Origin: Auanema rhodensis
Lineage: Eukaryota; Animalia; Nematoda
Direction: 5' to 3'
NCBI GenBank assembly: GCA_964057225.1
Contig: OZ059900.1
Location: 2,418,001 to 2,482,000, forward strand
Length of the DNA: 64,000 bases
Under the pieces are notes generated by a model that had not been told where the DNA came from, ran no database searches, and saw only the letters and a list, made by a program, of their open reading frames with translations. The position numbers were made by a program, and so were the translations under genes. Shown here piece by piece: positions 26,401 to 41,410 of the stretch (the first letter of the stretch is position 1; the number at the start of each line of letters is the position of its first letter).

Positions 26401-29400
26401 ATTTCGCTCAAATAGCATTACTACACTAAGTATGGTCGTTTTTATGCCTTTAACACCATATACTCACCGATTTTTGGTACAAAATCTGTAATACTCGTAA
26501 ATTTTGTTCATATTCGGTGAGATTCGAGAATCAAACACACAATACACGAAATAAGTTTATTTTGACGAGTTTGCACTGGTATTTATTCATTTTGATCAAA
26601 AAAGGTCGAAAATAGAAAGAATTTTTGAATTTTCCGAGTTTTGAGTCCAATTGGGCTAAATCGCTCATATATATGATCAGAAGCATAGTTTTATTGTCTA
26701 TGACAACAAAAATCATCAATTAAACGCTAGTGATGTTCAAATACTGATTTTCGCTCAAATAGCATTACTACACTAAGTATGGTCGTTTTTATGCCTTTAA
26801 CACCATATACTCACCGATTTTTGGTACAAAATCTGTAATACTCGTAAAATTTGATCATATTTGTTAAGATTTGAGAATCAAACACACAATACACAAAATC
26901 AGTCTATTTTTATGAGTTTACACTGATATATATTCATTTTCATCAAAAAAGGTCGAAAATAGAAAGAATTTTTGAATTTTCCGAGTTTTGAGTCGAATTG
27001 GGCTAAATCGCTCATATATATGATCAAAAGCATAGTTTTACTGTCTATGATAACAAAAGTCATCAATTAAACGCTAGTGATGTTTAAATACTGAATTTCG
27101 CTCAAATAGCATTACTACACTAAGTATGGTCGTTTTTATGCCTTTAACACCATATACTCACCGATTTTTGGTACAAAATCTGTAATACTCGTAAATTTTG
27201 ATCATATTCGTTAAGATTTGAGAATCAAACATACAATACACAAAATCAGTCTATTTTTATGAGCTTGCACTGATATATATTCATTTTGATCAAAAAAGGT
27301 CGAAAATAGAAAGAATTTTTGAAATTTCCGAGTTTTGAGTCTAATTTGGCTAAATCGCTCATATATATGATCAAAAGCATAGTTTTATTGTCTATGACAA
27401 CAAAAGTCATCAATTAAATGCTAGTGATGTTTAAATACTGAATTTCGCTCAAATAGCCTTACTACACTAAGTATGGTCGTTTTTATGCCTTTAACACCAT
27501 ATACTCACCGATTTTTGGTACAAAATCTGTAATACTCGTAAATTTTGATCATATTCGGTGAGATTCGAGAATCAAACACATAATACACGAAATAAGTCTA
27601 GTTTTACAAGTTTGCACTGATATTTATTCATTTTGATCAAAAAAGGTCGAAAATAGAAAGAATTTTTGAAATTTCCGAGTTTTGAGTCTAATTTGGCTAA
27701 ATCGCTCATATATATGATCAGAAGCATAGTTTTATTGTCTATGACAACAAAAATCATCAATTAAACGCTAGTGATGTTTAAATACTGATTTTCGCTCAAA
27801 TAGCATTACTACACTAAGTATGGTCGTTTTTATGCCTTTAACACCATATACTCACCGATTTTTGGTACAAAATCTGTAATACTCGTAAATTTTGATCATA
27901 TTCGGTGAGATTCGAGAATCAAACACACAATACACGAAATAAGTCTATTTTTACAAGTTTGCACTGATATTTATTCATTTTGATCAAAAAAGGTCGAAAA
28001 TAGAAAGAATTTTTGAAATTTCCGAGTTTTGAGTCTAATTTGGCTAAATCGCTCATATATATGATCAGAAGCATAGTTTTATTGTCTATGACAACAAAAA
28101 TCATCAATTAAACGCTAGTGATGTTTAAATACTGATTTTCGCTCAAATAGCATTACTACACTAAGTATGGTCGTTTTTATGCCTTTAACACCATATACTC
28201 ACCGATTTTTGGTACAAAATCTGTAATACTTGTAAATTTTGATCATATTCGTTAAGATTCGAGAATCAAACACATAATACACGAAATAAGTCTAGTTTTA
28301 CAAGTTTGCACTGATATTTATTCATTTTGATCAAAAAAGGTCGAAAATAGAAAGAATTTTTGAACTTTCCGAGTTTTGAGTCCAATTTGGCTAAATCGCT
28401 CATATATAAGATCAAAAGCATAGTTTTATTGTCTATAACAACAAAAGTCATCAATTAAACGCTAGTGATATTTAAATACTGATTTTCGCTCAAGTAGCAT
28501 TACTACACTAAGTATGGTCGTTTTTATGCCTTTAACACCATATACTCACCGATTTTTGGTACAAAATCTGTAATACTTGTAAATTTTGATCATATTCGTT
28601 AAGATTCGAGAATCAAACACATAATACACGAAATAAGTCTAGTTTTACAAGTTTGCACTGATATTTATTCATTTTGATCAAAAAAGGTCGAAAATAGAAA
28701 GAATTTTTGAAATTTCCGAGTTTTGAGTCCAATTTGGCTAAATCGCTCATATATAAGATCAAAAGCATAGTTTTATTGTCTATAACAACAAAAGTCATCA
28801 ATTAAACGCTAGTGATATTTAAATACTGATTTTCGCTCAAGTAGCATTACTACACTAAGTATGGTCGTTTTTATGCCTTTAACACCATATACTCACCGAT
28901 TTTTGGTACAAAATCTGTAATACTTGTAAATTTTGATCATATTCGTTAAGATTCGAGAATCAAACACATAATACACGAAATAAGTCTAGTTTTACAAGTT
29001 TGCACTGATATTTATTCATTTTGATCAAAAAAGGTCGAAAATAGAAAGAATTTTTGAAATTTCCGAGTTTTGAGTCTAATTTGGCTAAATCGCTCATATA
29101 TATGATCAGAAGCATAGTTTTATTGTCTATGACAACAAAAATCATCAATTAAACGCTAGTGATGTTTAAATACTGATTTTCGCTCAAATAGCATTACTAC
29201 ACTAAGTATGGTCGTTTTTATGCCTTTAACACCATATACTCACCGATTTTTGGTACAAAATCTGTAATACTTGTAAATTTTGATCATATTCGTTAAGATT
29301 CGAGAATCAAACACATAATACACGAAATAAGTCTAGTTTTACAAGTTTGCACTGATATTTATTCATTTTGATCAAAAAAGGTCGAAAATAGAAAGAATTT

Positions 29401-32400
29401 TTGAAATTTCCGAGTTTTGAGTCCAATTTGGCTAAATCGCTCATATATAAGATCAAAAGCATAGTTTTATTGTCTATAACAACAAAAGTCATCAATTAAA
29501 CGCTAGTGATATTTAAATACTGATTTTCGCTCAAGTAGCATTACTACACTAAGTATGGTCGTTTTTATGCCTTTAACACCATATACTCACCGATTTTTGG
29601 TACAAAATCTGTAATACTTGTAAATTTTGATCATATTTGTTAAGATTTGAGAATCGAACATACAATACACAAAATCAGTCTATTTTTATGAGCTTGCACT
29701 GATATATATTCATTTTCATCAAAAAAGGTCGAAAATAGAAAGAATTTTTGAAATTTCCGAGTTTTGAGTCTAATTTGGCTAAATCGCTCATATATATGAT
29801 CAAAAGCATAGTTTTACTGTCTATGATAACAAAAGTCATCAATTAAACGCTAGTGATATTTAAATACTGATTTTCGCTCAAGTAGCATTACTACACTAAG
29901 TATGGTCGTTTTTATGCCTTTAACACCATATACTCACCGATTTTTGGTACAAAATCTGTAATACTTGTAAATTTTGATCATATTTGTTAAGATTTGATAA
30001 TCGAACATACAATACACAAAATCAGTCTATTTTTATGAGCTTGCACTGATATATATTCATTTTCATCAAAAAAGGTCGAAAATAGAAAGAATTTTTGAAA
30101 TTTCCGAGTTTTGAGTCCAATTTGGCTAAATCGCTCATATATAAGATCAAAAGCATAGTTTTATTGTCTATAACAACAAAAGTCATCAATTAAACGCTAG
30201 TGATGTTTAAATACTGATTTTCGCTCAAATAGCATTACTACACTAAGTATGGTCGTTTTTATGCCTTTAACACCATATACTCACCGATTTTTGGTACAAA
30301 ATCTGTAATACTTGTAAATTTTGATCATATTCGTTAAGATTCGAGAATCAAACACATAATACACGAAATAAGTCTAGTTTTACAAGTTTGCACTGATATT
30401 TATTCATTTTGATCAAAAAAGGTCGAAAATAGAAAGAATTTTTGAAATTTCCGAGTTTTGAGTCCAATTTGGCTAAATCGCTCATATATAAGATCAAAAG
30501 CATAGTTTTATTGTCTATAACAACAAAAGTCATCAATTAAACGCTAGTGATATTTAAATACTGATTTTCGCTCAAGTAGCATTACTACACTAAGTATGGT
30601 CGTTTTTATGCCTTTAACACCATATACTCACCGATTTTTGGTACAAAATCTGTAATACTTGTAAATTTTGATCATATTTGTTAAGATTTGAGAATCGAAC
30701 ATACAATACACAAAATCAGTCTATTTTTATGAGCTTGCACTGATATATATTCATTTTCATCAAAAAAGGTCGAAAATAGAAAGAATTTTTGAAATTTCCG
30801 AGTTTTGAGTCTAATTTGGCTAAATCGCTCATATATATGATCAGAAGCATAGTTTTATTGTCTATGACAACAAAAATCATCAATTAAACGCTAGTGATGT
30901 TTAAATACTGATTTTCGCTCAAATAGCATTACTACACTAAGTATGGTCGTTTTTATGCCTTTAACACCATATACTCACCGATTTTTGGTACAAAATCTGT
31001 AATACTTGTAAATTTTGATCATATTCGTTAAGATTCGAGAATCAAACACATAATACACGAAATAAGTCTAGTTTTACAAGTTTGCACTGATATTTATTCA
31101 TTTTGATCAAAAAAGGTCGAAAATAGAAAGAATTTTTGAAATTTCCGAGTTTTGAGTCTAATTTGGCTAAATCGCTCATATATATGATCAGAAGCATAGT
31201 TTTATTGTCTATGACAACAAAAATCATCAATTAAACGCTAGTGATGTTTAAATACTGATTTTCGCTCAAATAGCATTACTACACTAAGTATGGTCGTTTT
31301 TATGCCTTTAACACCATATACTCACCGATTTTTGGTACAAAATCTGTAATACTCGTAAAATTTGATCATATTTGTTAAGATTTGAGAATCAAACACACAA
31401 TACACAAAATCAGTCTATTTTTATGAGTTTACACTGATATATATTCATTTTCATCAAAAAAGGTCGAAAATAGAAAGAATTTTTGAATTTTCCGAGTTTT
31501 GAGTCGAATTGGGCTAAATCGCTCATATATATGATCAAAAGCATAGTTTTACTGTCTATGATAACAAAAGTCTTCAAATATACACTAATAATGATTAAAT
31601 CACTGAATTTCACTCAAATAGCATTACTACACTAAGTATGGTCGTTTTTATGCCTTTAACACCATATACTCACCGATTTTTGGTACAAAATCTGTAATAC
31701 TTGTAAATTTTGATCATATTTGTTAAGATTCGAGAATCAAACACATAATACACAAAATAAGTCTATTTTTACAAGTTTGCACTGATATTTATTCATTTTG
31801 ATCAAAAAAGGTCGAAAATAGAAAGAATTTTTGAAATTTCCGAGTTTTGAGTCCAATTTGGCTAAATCGCTCATATATATGATCAAAAGCATAGTTTTAT
31901 TGTCTATAACAACAAAAGTCATCAATTAAACGCTAGTGATGTTTAAATACTGAATTTCGCTCAAATAGCATGACTACACTAAGTATGGTCGTTTTTATGC
32001 CTTTAACACCATATACTCACCGATTTTTGGTACAAAATCTGTAATACTCGTAAATTTTGATCATATTCGTTAAGATTTGAGAATCAAACATACAATACAC
32101 AAAATCAGTCTATTTTTATGAGCTTGCACTGATATATATTCATTTTGATCAAAAAAGGTCGAAAATAGAAAGAATTTTTGAAATTTCCGAGTTTTGAGTC
32201 TAATTTGGCTAAATCGCTCATATATATGATCAAAAGCATAGTTTTATTGTCTATGACAACAAAAGTCATCAATTAAACGCTAGTGATGTTTAAATACTGA
32301 ATTTCGCTCAAATAGCATTACTACACTAAGTATGGTCGTTTTTATGCCTTTAACACCATATACTCACCGATTTTTGGTACAAAATCTGTAATACTCGTAA

Positions 32401-35400
32401 ATTTTGTTCATATTCGGTGAGATTCGAGAATCAAACACACAATACACGAAATAAGTTTATTTTGACGAGTTTGCACTGGTATTTATTCATTTTGATCAAA
32501 AAAGGTCGAAAATAGAAAGAATTTTTGAATTTTCCGAGTTTTGAGTCCAATTGGGCTAAATCGCTCATATATATGATCAGAAGCATAGTTTTATTGTCTA
32601 TGACAACAAAAATCATCAATTAAACGCTAGTGATGTTCAAATACTGATTTTCGCTCAAATAGCATTACTACACTAAGTATGGTCGTTTTTATGCCTTTAA
32701 CACCATATACTCACCGATTTTTGGTACAAAATCTGTAATACTCGTAAAATTTGATCATATTTGTTAAGATTTGAGAATCAAACACACAATACACAAAATC
32801 AGTCTATTTTTATGAGTTTACACTGATATATATTCATTTTCATCAAAAAAGGTCGAAAATAGAAAGAATTTTTGAATTTTCCGAGTTTTGAGTCGAATTG
32901 GGCTAAATCGCTCATATATATGATCAAAAGCATAGTTTTACTGTCTATGATAACAAAAGTCATCAATTAAACGCTAGTGATGTTTAAATACTGAATTTCG
33001 CTCAAATAGCATTACTACACTAAGTATGGTCGTTTTTATGCCTTTAACACCATATACTCACCGATTTTTGGTACAAAATCTGTAATACTCGTAAATTTTG
33101 ATCATATTCGTTAAGATTTGAGAATCAAACATACAATACACAAAATCAGTCTATTTTTATGAGCTTGCACTGATATATATTCATTTTGATCAAAAAAGGT
33201 CGAAAATAGAAAGAATTTTTGAAATTTCCGAGTTTTGAGTCTAATTTGGCTAAATCGCTCATATATATGATCAAAAGCATAGTTTTATTGTCTATGACAA
33301 CAAAAGTCATCAATTAAATGCTAGTGATGTTTAAATACTGAATTTCGCTCAAATAGCATTACTACACTAAGTATGGTCGTTTTTATGCCTTTAACACCAT
33401 ATACTCACCGATTTTTGGTACAAAATCTGTAATACTCGTAAATTTTGATCATATTCGGTGAGATTCGAGAATCAAACACATAATACACGAAATAAGTCTA
33501 GTTTTACAAGTTTGCACTGATATTTATTCATTTTGATCAAAAAAGGTCGAAAATAGAAAGAATTTTTGAAATTTCCGAGTTTTGAGTCTAATTTGGCTAA
33601 ATCGCTCATATATATGATCAGAAGCATAGTTTTATTGTCTATGACAACAAAAATCATCAATTAAACGCTAGTGATGTTTAAATACTGATTTTCGCTCAAA
33701 TAGCATTACTACACTAAGTATGGTCGTTTTTATGCCTTTAACACCATATACTCACCGATTTTTGGTACAAAATCTGTAATACTCGTAAAATTTGATCATA
33801 TTTGTTAAGATTTGAGAATCAAACACACAATACACAAAATCAGTCTATTTTTATGAGTTTACACTGATATATATTCATTTTGATCAAAAAAGGTCGAAAA
33901 TAGAAAGAATTTTTGAATTTTCCGAGTTTTGAGTCCAATTGGGCTAAATCGCTCATATATATGATCAAAAGCATAGTTTTATTGTCTATAACAACAAAAG
34001 TCATCAATTAAACGCTAGTGATGTTTAAATACTGAATTTCGCTCAAATAGCATTACTACACTAAGTATGGTCGTTTTTATGCCTTTAACACCATATACTC
34101 ACCGATTTTTGGTACAAAATCTGTAATACTCGTAAATTTTGATCATATTCGTTAAGATTTGAGAATCAAACATACAATACACAAAATCAGTCTATTTTTA
34201 TGAGCTTGCACTGATATATATTCATTTTGATCAAAAAAGGTCGAAAATAGAAAGAATTTTTGAAATTTCCGAGTTTTGAGTCTAATTTGGCTAAATCGCT
34301 CATTTATATGATCAAAAGCATAGTTTTATTGTCTATGACAACAAAAATCATCAATTAAACGCTAGTGATGTTTAAATACTGATTTTCGCTCAAATAGCAT
34401 TACTACACTAAGTATGGTCGTTTTTATGCCTTTAACACCATATACTCACCGATTTTTGGTACAAAATCTGTAATACTCGTAAAATTTGATCATATTTGTT
34501 AAGATTTGAGAATCAAACACACAATACACAAAATCAGTCTATTTTTATGAGTTTACACTGATATATATTCATTTTGATCAAAAAAGGTCGAAAATAGAAA
34601 GAATTTTTGAATTTTCCGAGTTTTGAGTCCAATTGGGCTAAATCGCTCATATATATGATCAAAAGCATAGTTTTATTGTCTATAACAACAAAAGTCATCA
34701 ATTAAACGCTAGTGATGTTTAAATACTGAATTTCGCTCAAATAGCATTACTACACTAAGTATGGTCGTTTTTATGCCTTTAACACCATATACTCACCGAT
34801 TTTTGGTACAAAATCTGTAATACTCGTAAATTTTGATCATATTCGTTAAGATTTGAGAATCAAACATACAATACACAAAATCAGTCTATTTTTATGAGCT
34901 TGCACTGATATATATTCATTTTGATCAAAAAAGGTCGAAAATAGAAAGAATTTTTGAAATTTCCGAGTTTTGAGTCTAATTTGGCTAAATCGCTCATATA
35001 TATGATCAAAAGCATAGTTTTATTGTCTATGACAACAAAAGTCATCAATTAAACGCTAGTGATGTTTAAATACTGAATTTCGCTCAAATAGCATTACTAC
35101 ACTAAGTATGGTCGTTTTTATGCCTTTAACACCATATACTCACCGATTTTTGGTACAAAATCTGTAATACTCGTAAATTTTGATCATATTCGGTGAGATT
35201 CGAGAATCAAACACACAATACACGAAATAAGTTTATTTTGACGAGTTTGCACTGGTATTCATTCATTTTGATCAAAAAAGGTCGAAAATAGAAAGAATTT
35301 TTGAATTTTCCGAGTTTTGAGTCCAATTGGGCTAAATCGCTCATATATATGATCAAAAGCATAGTTTTACTGTCTATGATAACAAAAGTCTTCAAATATA

Positions 35401-37989
35401 CACTAATAATGATTGAATCACTGAATTTCACTCAAATAGCATTACTACACTAAGTATGGTCGTTTTTATGCCTTTAACACCATATACTCACCGATTTTTG
35501 GTACAAAATCTGTAATACTCGTAAAATTTGATCATATTTGTTAAGATTTGAGAATCAAACACACAATACACAAAATCAGTCTATTTTTATGAGTTTACAC
35601 TGATATATATTCATTTTCATCAAAAAAGGTCGAAAATAGAAAGAATTTTTGAAATTTCCGAGTTTTGAGTCGAATTGGGCTAAATCGCTCATATATATGA
35701 TCAAAAGCATAGTTTTATTGTCTATAACAACAAAAGTCATCAATTAAACGCTAGTGATGTTTAAATACTGATTTTCGCTCAAATAGCATTACTACACTAA
35801 GTATGGTCGTTTTTATGCCTTTAACACCATATACTCACCGATTTTTGGTACAAAATCTGTAATACTCGTAAAATTTGATCATATTTGTTAAGATTTGAGA
35901 ATCAAACACACAATACACAAAATCAGTCTATTTTTATGAGTTTACACTGATATATATTCATTTTGATCAAAAAAGGTCGAAAATAGAAAGAATTTTTGAA
36001 TTTTCCGAGTTTTGAGTCCAATTGGGCTAAATCGCTCATATATATGATCAAAAGCATAGTTTTATTGTCTATAACAACAAAAGTCATCAATTAAACGCTA
36101 GTGATGTTTAAATACTGAATTTCGCTCAAATAGCATTACTACACTAAGTATGGTCGTTTTTATGCCTTTAACACCATATACTCACCGATTTTTGGTACAA
36201 AATCTGTAATACTCGTAAATTTTGATCATATTCGTTAAGATTTGAGAATCAAACATACAATACACAAAATCAGTCTATTTTTATGAGCTTGCACTGATAT
36301 ATATTCATTTTGATCAAAAAAGGTCGAAAATAGAAAGAATTTTTGAAATTTCCGAGTTTTGAGTCTAATTTGGCTAAATCGCTCATTTATATGATCAAAA
36401 GCATAGTTTTATTGTCTATGACAACAAAAGTCATCAATTAAACGCTAGTGATGTTTAAATACTGAATTTCGCTCAAATAGCATGACTACACTAAGTATGG
36501 TCGTTTTTATGCCTTTAACACCATATACTCACCGATTTTTGGTACAAAATCTGTAATACTCGTAAATTTTGATCATATTCGTTAAGATTTGAGAATCAAA
36601 CATACAATACACAAAATCAGTCTATTTTTATGAGCTTGCACTGATATATATTCATTTTGATCAAAAAAGGTCGAAAATAGAAAGAATTTTTGAAATTTCC
36701 GAGTTTTGAGTCTAATTTGGCTAAATCGCTCATATATATGATCAAAAGCATAGTTTTATTGTCTATGACAACAAAAGTCATCAATTAAACGCTAGTGATG
36801 TTTAAATACTGAATTTCGCTCAAATAGCATGACTACACTAAGTATGGTCGTTTTTATGCCTTTAACACCATATACTCACCGATTTTTGGTACAAAATCTG
36901 TAATACTCGTAAATTTTGATCATATTCGTTAAGATTTGAGAATCAAACATACAATACACAAAATCAGTCTATTTTTATGAGCTTGCACTGATATATATTC
37001 ATTTTGATCAAAAAAGGTCGAAAATAGAAAGAATTTTTGAAATTTCCGAGTTTTGAGTCTAATTTGGCTAAATCGCTCATATATATGATCAAAAGCATAG
37101 TTTTATTGTCTATGACAACAAAAGTCATCAATTAAACGCTAGTGATGTTTAAATACTGAATTTCGCTCAAATAGCATTACTACACTAAGTATGGTCGTTT
37201 TTATGCCTTTAACACCATATACTCACCGATTTTTGGTACAAAATCTGTAATACTCGTAAATTTTGTTCATATTCGGTGAGATTCGAGAATCAAACACACA
37301 ATACACGAAATAAGTTTATTTTGACGAGTTTGCACTGGTATTTATTCATTTTGATCAAAAAAGGTCGAAAATAGAAAGAATTTTTGAATTTTCCGAGTTT
37401 TGAGTCCAATTGGGCTAAATCGCTCATATATATGATCAGAAGCATAGTTTTATTGTCTATGACAACAAAAATCATCAATTAAACGCTAGTGATGTTCAAA
37501 TACTGATTTTCGCTCAAATAGCATTACTACACTAAGTATGGTCGTTTTTATGCCTTTAACACCATATACTCACCGATTTTTGGTACAAAATCTGTAATAC
37601 TCGTAAAATTTGATCATATTTGTTAAGATTTGAGAATCAAACACACAATACACAAAATCAGTCTATTTTTATGAGTTTACACTGATATATATTCATTTTC
37701 ATCAAAAAAGGTCGAAAATAGAAAGAATTTTTGAATTTTCCGAGTTTTGAGTCGAATTGGGCTAAATCGCTCATATATATGATCAAAAGCATAGTTTTAC
37801 TGTCTATGATAACAAAAGTCATCAATTAAACGCTAGTGATGTTTAAATACTGAATTTCGCTCAAATAGCATTACTACACTAAGTATGGTCGTTTTTATGC
37901 CTTTAACACCATATACTCACCGATTTTTGGTACAAAATCTGTAATACTCGTAAATTTTGATCATATTCGTTAAGATTTGAGATTCAAAC

Positions 37990-40900
37990 ATACAATACAC
38001 AAAATCAGTCTATTTTTATGAGCTTGCACTGATATATATTCATTTTGATCAAAAAAGGTCGAAAATAGAAAGAATTTTTGAAATTTCCGAGTTTTGAGTC
38101 TAATTTGGCTAAATCGCTCATATATATGATCAAAAGCATAGTTTTATTGTCTATGACAACAAAAGTCATCAATTAAATGCTAGTGATGTTTAAATACTGA
38201 ATTTCGCTCAAATAGCATTACTACACTAAGTATGGTCGTTTTTATGCCTTTAACACCATATACTCACCGATTTTTGGTACAAAATCTGTAATACTCGTAA
38301 ATTTTGATCATATTCGGTGATATTCGAGAATCAAACACATAATACACGAAATAAGTCTAGTTTTACAAGTTTGCACTGATATTTATTCATTTTGATCAAA
38401 AAAGGTCGAAAATAGAAAGAATTTTTGAAATTTCCGAGTTTTGAGTCTAATTTGGCTAAATCGCTCATATATATGATCAGAAGCATAGTTTTATTGTCTA
38501 TGACAACAAAAATCATCAATTAAACGCTAGTGATGTTTAAATACTGATTTTCGCTCAAATAGCATTACTACACTAAGTATGGTCGTTTTTATGCCTTTAA
38601 CACCATATACTCACCGATTTTTGGTACAAAATCTGTAATACTTGTAAATTTTGATCATATTCGTTAAGATTCGAGAATCAAACACATAATACACGAAACA
38701 AGTCTAGTTTTACAAGTTTGCACTGATATTTATTCATTTTGATCAAAAAAGGTCGAAAATAGAAAGAATTTTTGAAATTTCCGAGTTTTGAGTCTAATTT
38801 GGCTAAATCGCTCATATATATGATCAGAAGCATAGTTTTATTGTCTATGACAACAAAAATCATCAATTAAACGCTAGTGATGTTTAAATACTGATTTTCG
38901 CTCAAATAGCATTACTACACTAAGTATGGTCGTTTTTATGCCTTTAACACCATATACTCACCGATTTTTGGTACAAAATCTGTAATACTTGTAAATTTTG
39001 ATCATATTCGTTAAGATTCGAGAATCAAACACATAATACACGAAATAAGTCTAGTTTTACAAGTTTGCACTGATATTTATTCATTTTGATCAAAAAAGGT
39101 CGAAAATAGAAAGAATTTTTGAACTTTCCGAGTTTTGAGTCCAATTTGGCTAAATCGCTCATATATAAGATCAAAAGCATAGTTTTATTGTCTATAACAA
39201 CAAAAGTCATCAATTAAACGCTAGTGATATTTAAATACTGATTTTCGCTCAAGTAGCATTACTACACTAAGTATGGTCGTTTTTATGCCTTTAACACCAT
39301 ATACTCACCGATTTTTGGTACAAAATCTGTAATACTTGTAAATTTTGATCATATTCGTTAAGATTCGAGAATCAAACACATAATACACGAAATAAGTCTA
39401 GTTTTACAAGTTTGCACTGATATTTATTCATTTTGATCAAAAAAGGTCGAAAATAGAAAGAATTTTTGAAATTTCCGAGTTTTGAGTCCAATTTGGCTAA
39501 ATCGCTCATATATAAGATCAAAAGCATAGTTTTATTGTCTATAACAACAAAAGTCATCAATTAAACGCTAGTGATATTTAAATACTGATTTTCGCTCAAG
39601 TAGCATTACTACACTAAGTATGGTCGTTTTTATGCCTTTAACACCATATACTCACCGATTTTTGGTACAAAATCTGTAATACTCGTAAAATTTGATCATA
39701 TTTGTTAAGATTTGAGAATCAAACACACAATACACAAAATCAGTCTATTTTTATGAGCTTGCACTGATATATATTCATTTTGATCAAAAAAGGTCGAAAA
39801 TAGAAAGAATTTTTGAAATTTCCGAGTTTTGAGTCTAATTTGGCTAAATCGCTCATATATATGATCAAAAGCATAGTTTTATTGTCTATGACAACAAAAG
39901 TCATCAATTAAATGCTAGTGATGTTTAAATACTGAATTTCGCTCAAATAGCATTACTACACTAAGTATGGTCGTTTTTATGCCTTTAACACCATATACTC
40001 ACCGATTTTTGGTACAAAATCTGTAATACTCGTAAATTTTGATCATATTCGGTGATATTCGAGAATCAAACACATAATACACGAAATAAGTCTAGTTTTA
40101 CAAGTTTGCACTGATATTTATTCATTTTGATCAAAAAAGGTCGAAAATAGAAAGAATTTTTGAAATTTCCGAGTTTTGAGTCTAATTTGGCTAAATCGCT
40201 CATATATATGATCAGAAGCATAGTTTTATTGTCTATGACAACAAAAATCATCAATTAAACGCTAGTGATGTTTAAATACTGATTTTCGCTCAAATAGCAT
40301 TACTACACTAAGTATGGTCGTTTTTATGCCTTTAACACCATATACTCACCGATTTTTGGTACAAAATCTGTAATACTTGTAAATTTTGATCATATTCGTT
40401 AAGATTCGAGAATCAAACACATAATACACGAAACAAGTCTAGTTTTACAAGTTTGCACTGATATTTATTCATTTTGATCAAAAAAGGTCGAAAATAGAAA
40501 GAATTTTTGAAATTTCCGAGTTTTGAGTCTAATTTGGCTAAATCGCTCATATATATGATCAGAAGCATAGTTTTATTGTCTATGACAACAAAAATCATCA
40601 ATTAAACGCTAGTGATGTTTAAATACTGATTTTCGCTCAAATAGCATTACTACACTAAGTATGGTCGTTTTTATGCCTTTAACACCATATACTCACCGAT
40701 TTTTGGTACAAAATCTGTAATACTTGTAAATTTTGATCATATTCGTTAAGATTCGAGAATCAAACACATAATACACGAAATAAGTCTAGTTTTACAAGTT
40801 TGCACTGATATTTATTCATTTTGATCAAAAAAGGTCGAAAATAGAAAGAATTTTTGAACTTTCCGAGTTTTGAGTCCAATTTGGCTAAATCGCTCATATA

Positions 40901-41410
40901 TAAGATCAAAAGCATAGTTTTATTGTCTATAACAACAAAAGTCATCAATTAAACGCTAGTGATATTTAAATACTGATTTTCGCTCAAGTAGCATTACTAC
41001 ACTAAGTATGGTCGTTTTTATGCCTTTAACACCATATACTCACCGATTTTTGGTACAAAATCTGTAATACTTGTAAATTTTGATCATATTCGTTAAGATT
41101 CGAGAATCAAACACATAATACACGAAATAAGTCTAGTTTTACAAGTTTGCACTGATATTTATTCATTTTGATCAAAAAAGGTCGAAAATAGAAAGAATTT
41201 TTGAAATTTCCGAGTTTTGAGTCCAATTTGGCTAAATCGCTCATATATAAGATCAAAAGCATAGTTTTATTGTCTATAACAACAAAAGTCATCAATTAAA
41301 CGCTAGTGATATTTAAATACTGATTTTCGCTCAAGTAGCATTACTACACTAAGTATGGTCGTTTTTATGCCTTTAACACCATATACTCACCGATTTTTGG
41401 TACAAAATCT
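37990..41410 (+). repeat. 5-mer (1735-bp) tandem duplication
   Basis: Private SNPs at 38321/40056 (ggtgatattc) and 38699/40434 (gaaacaagt), plus gaactttcc at 39124/40859. Confidence 0.88.
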
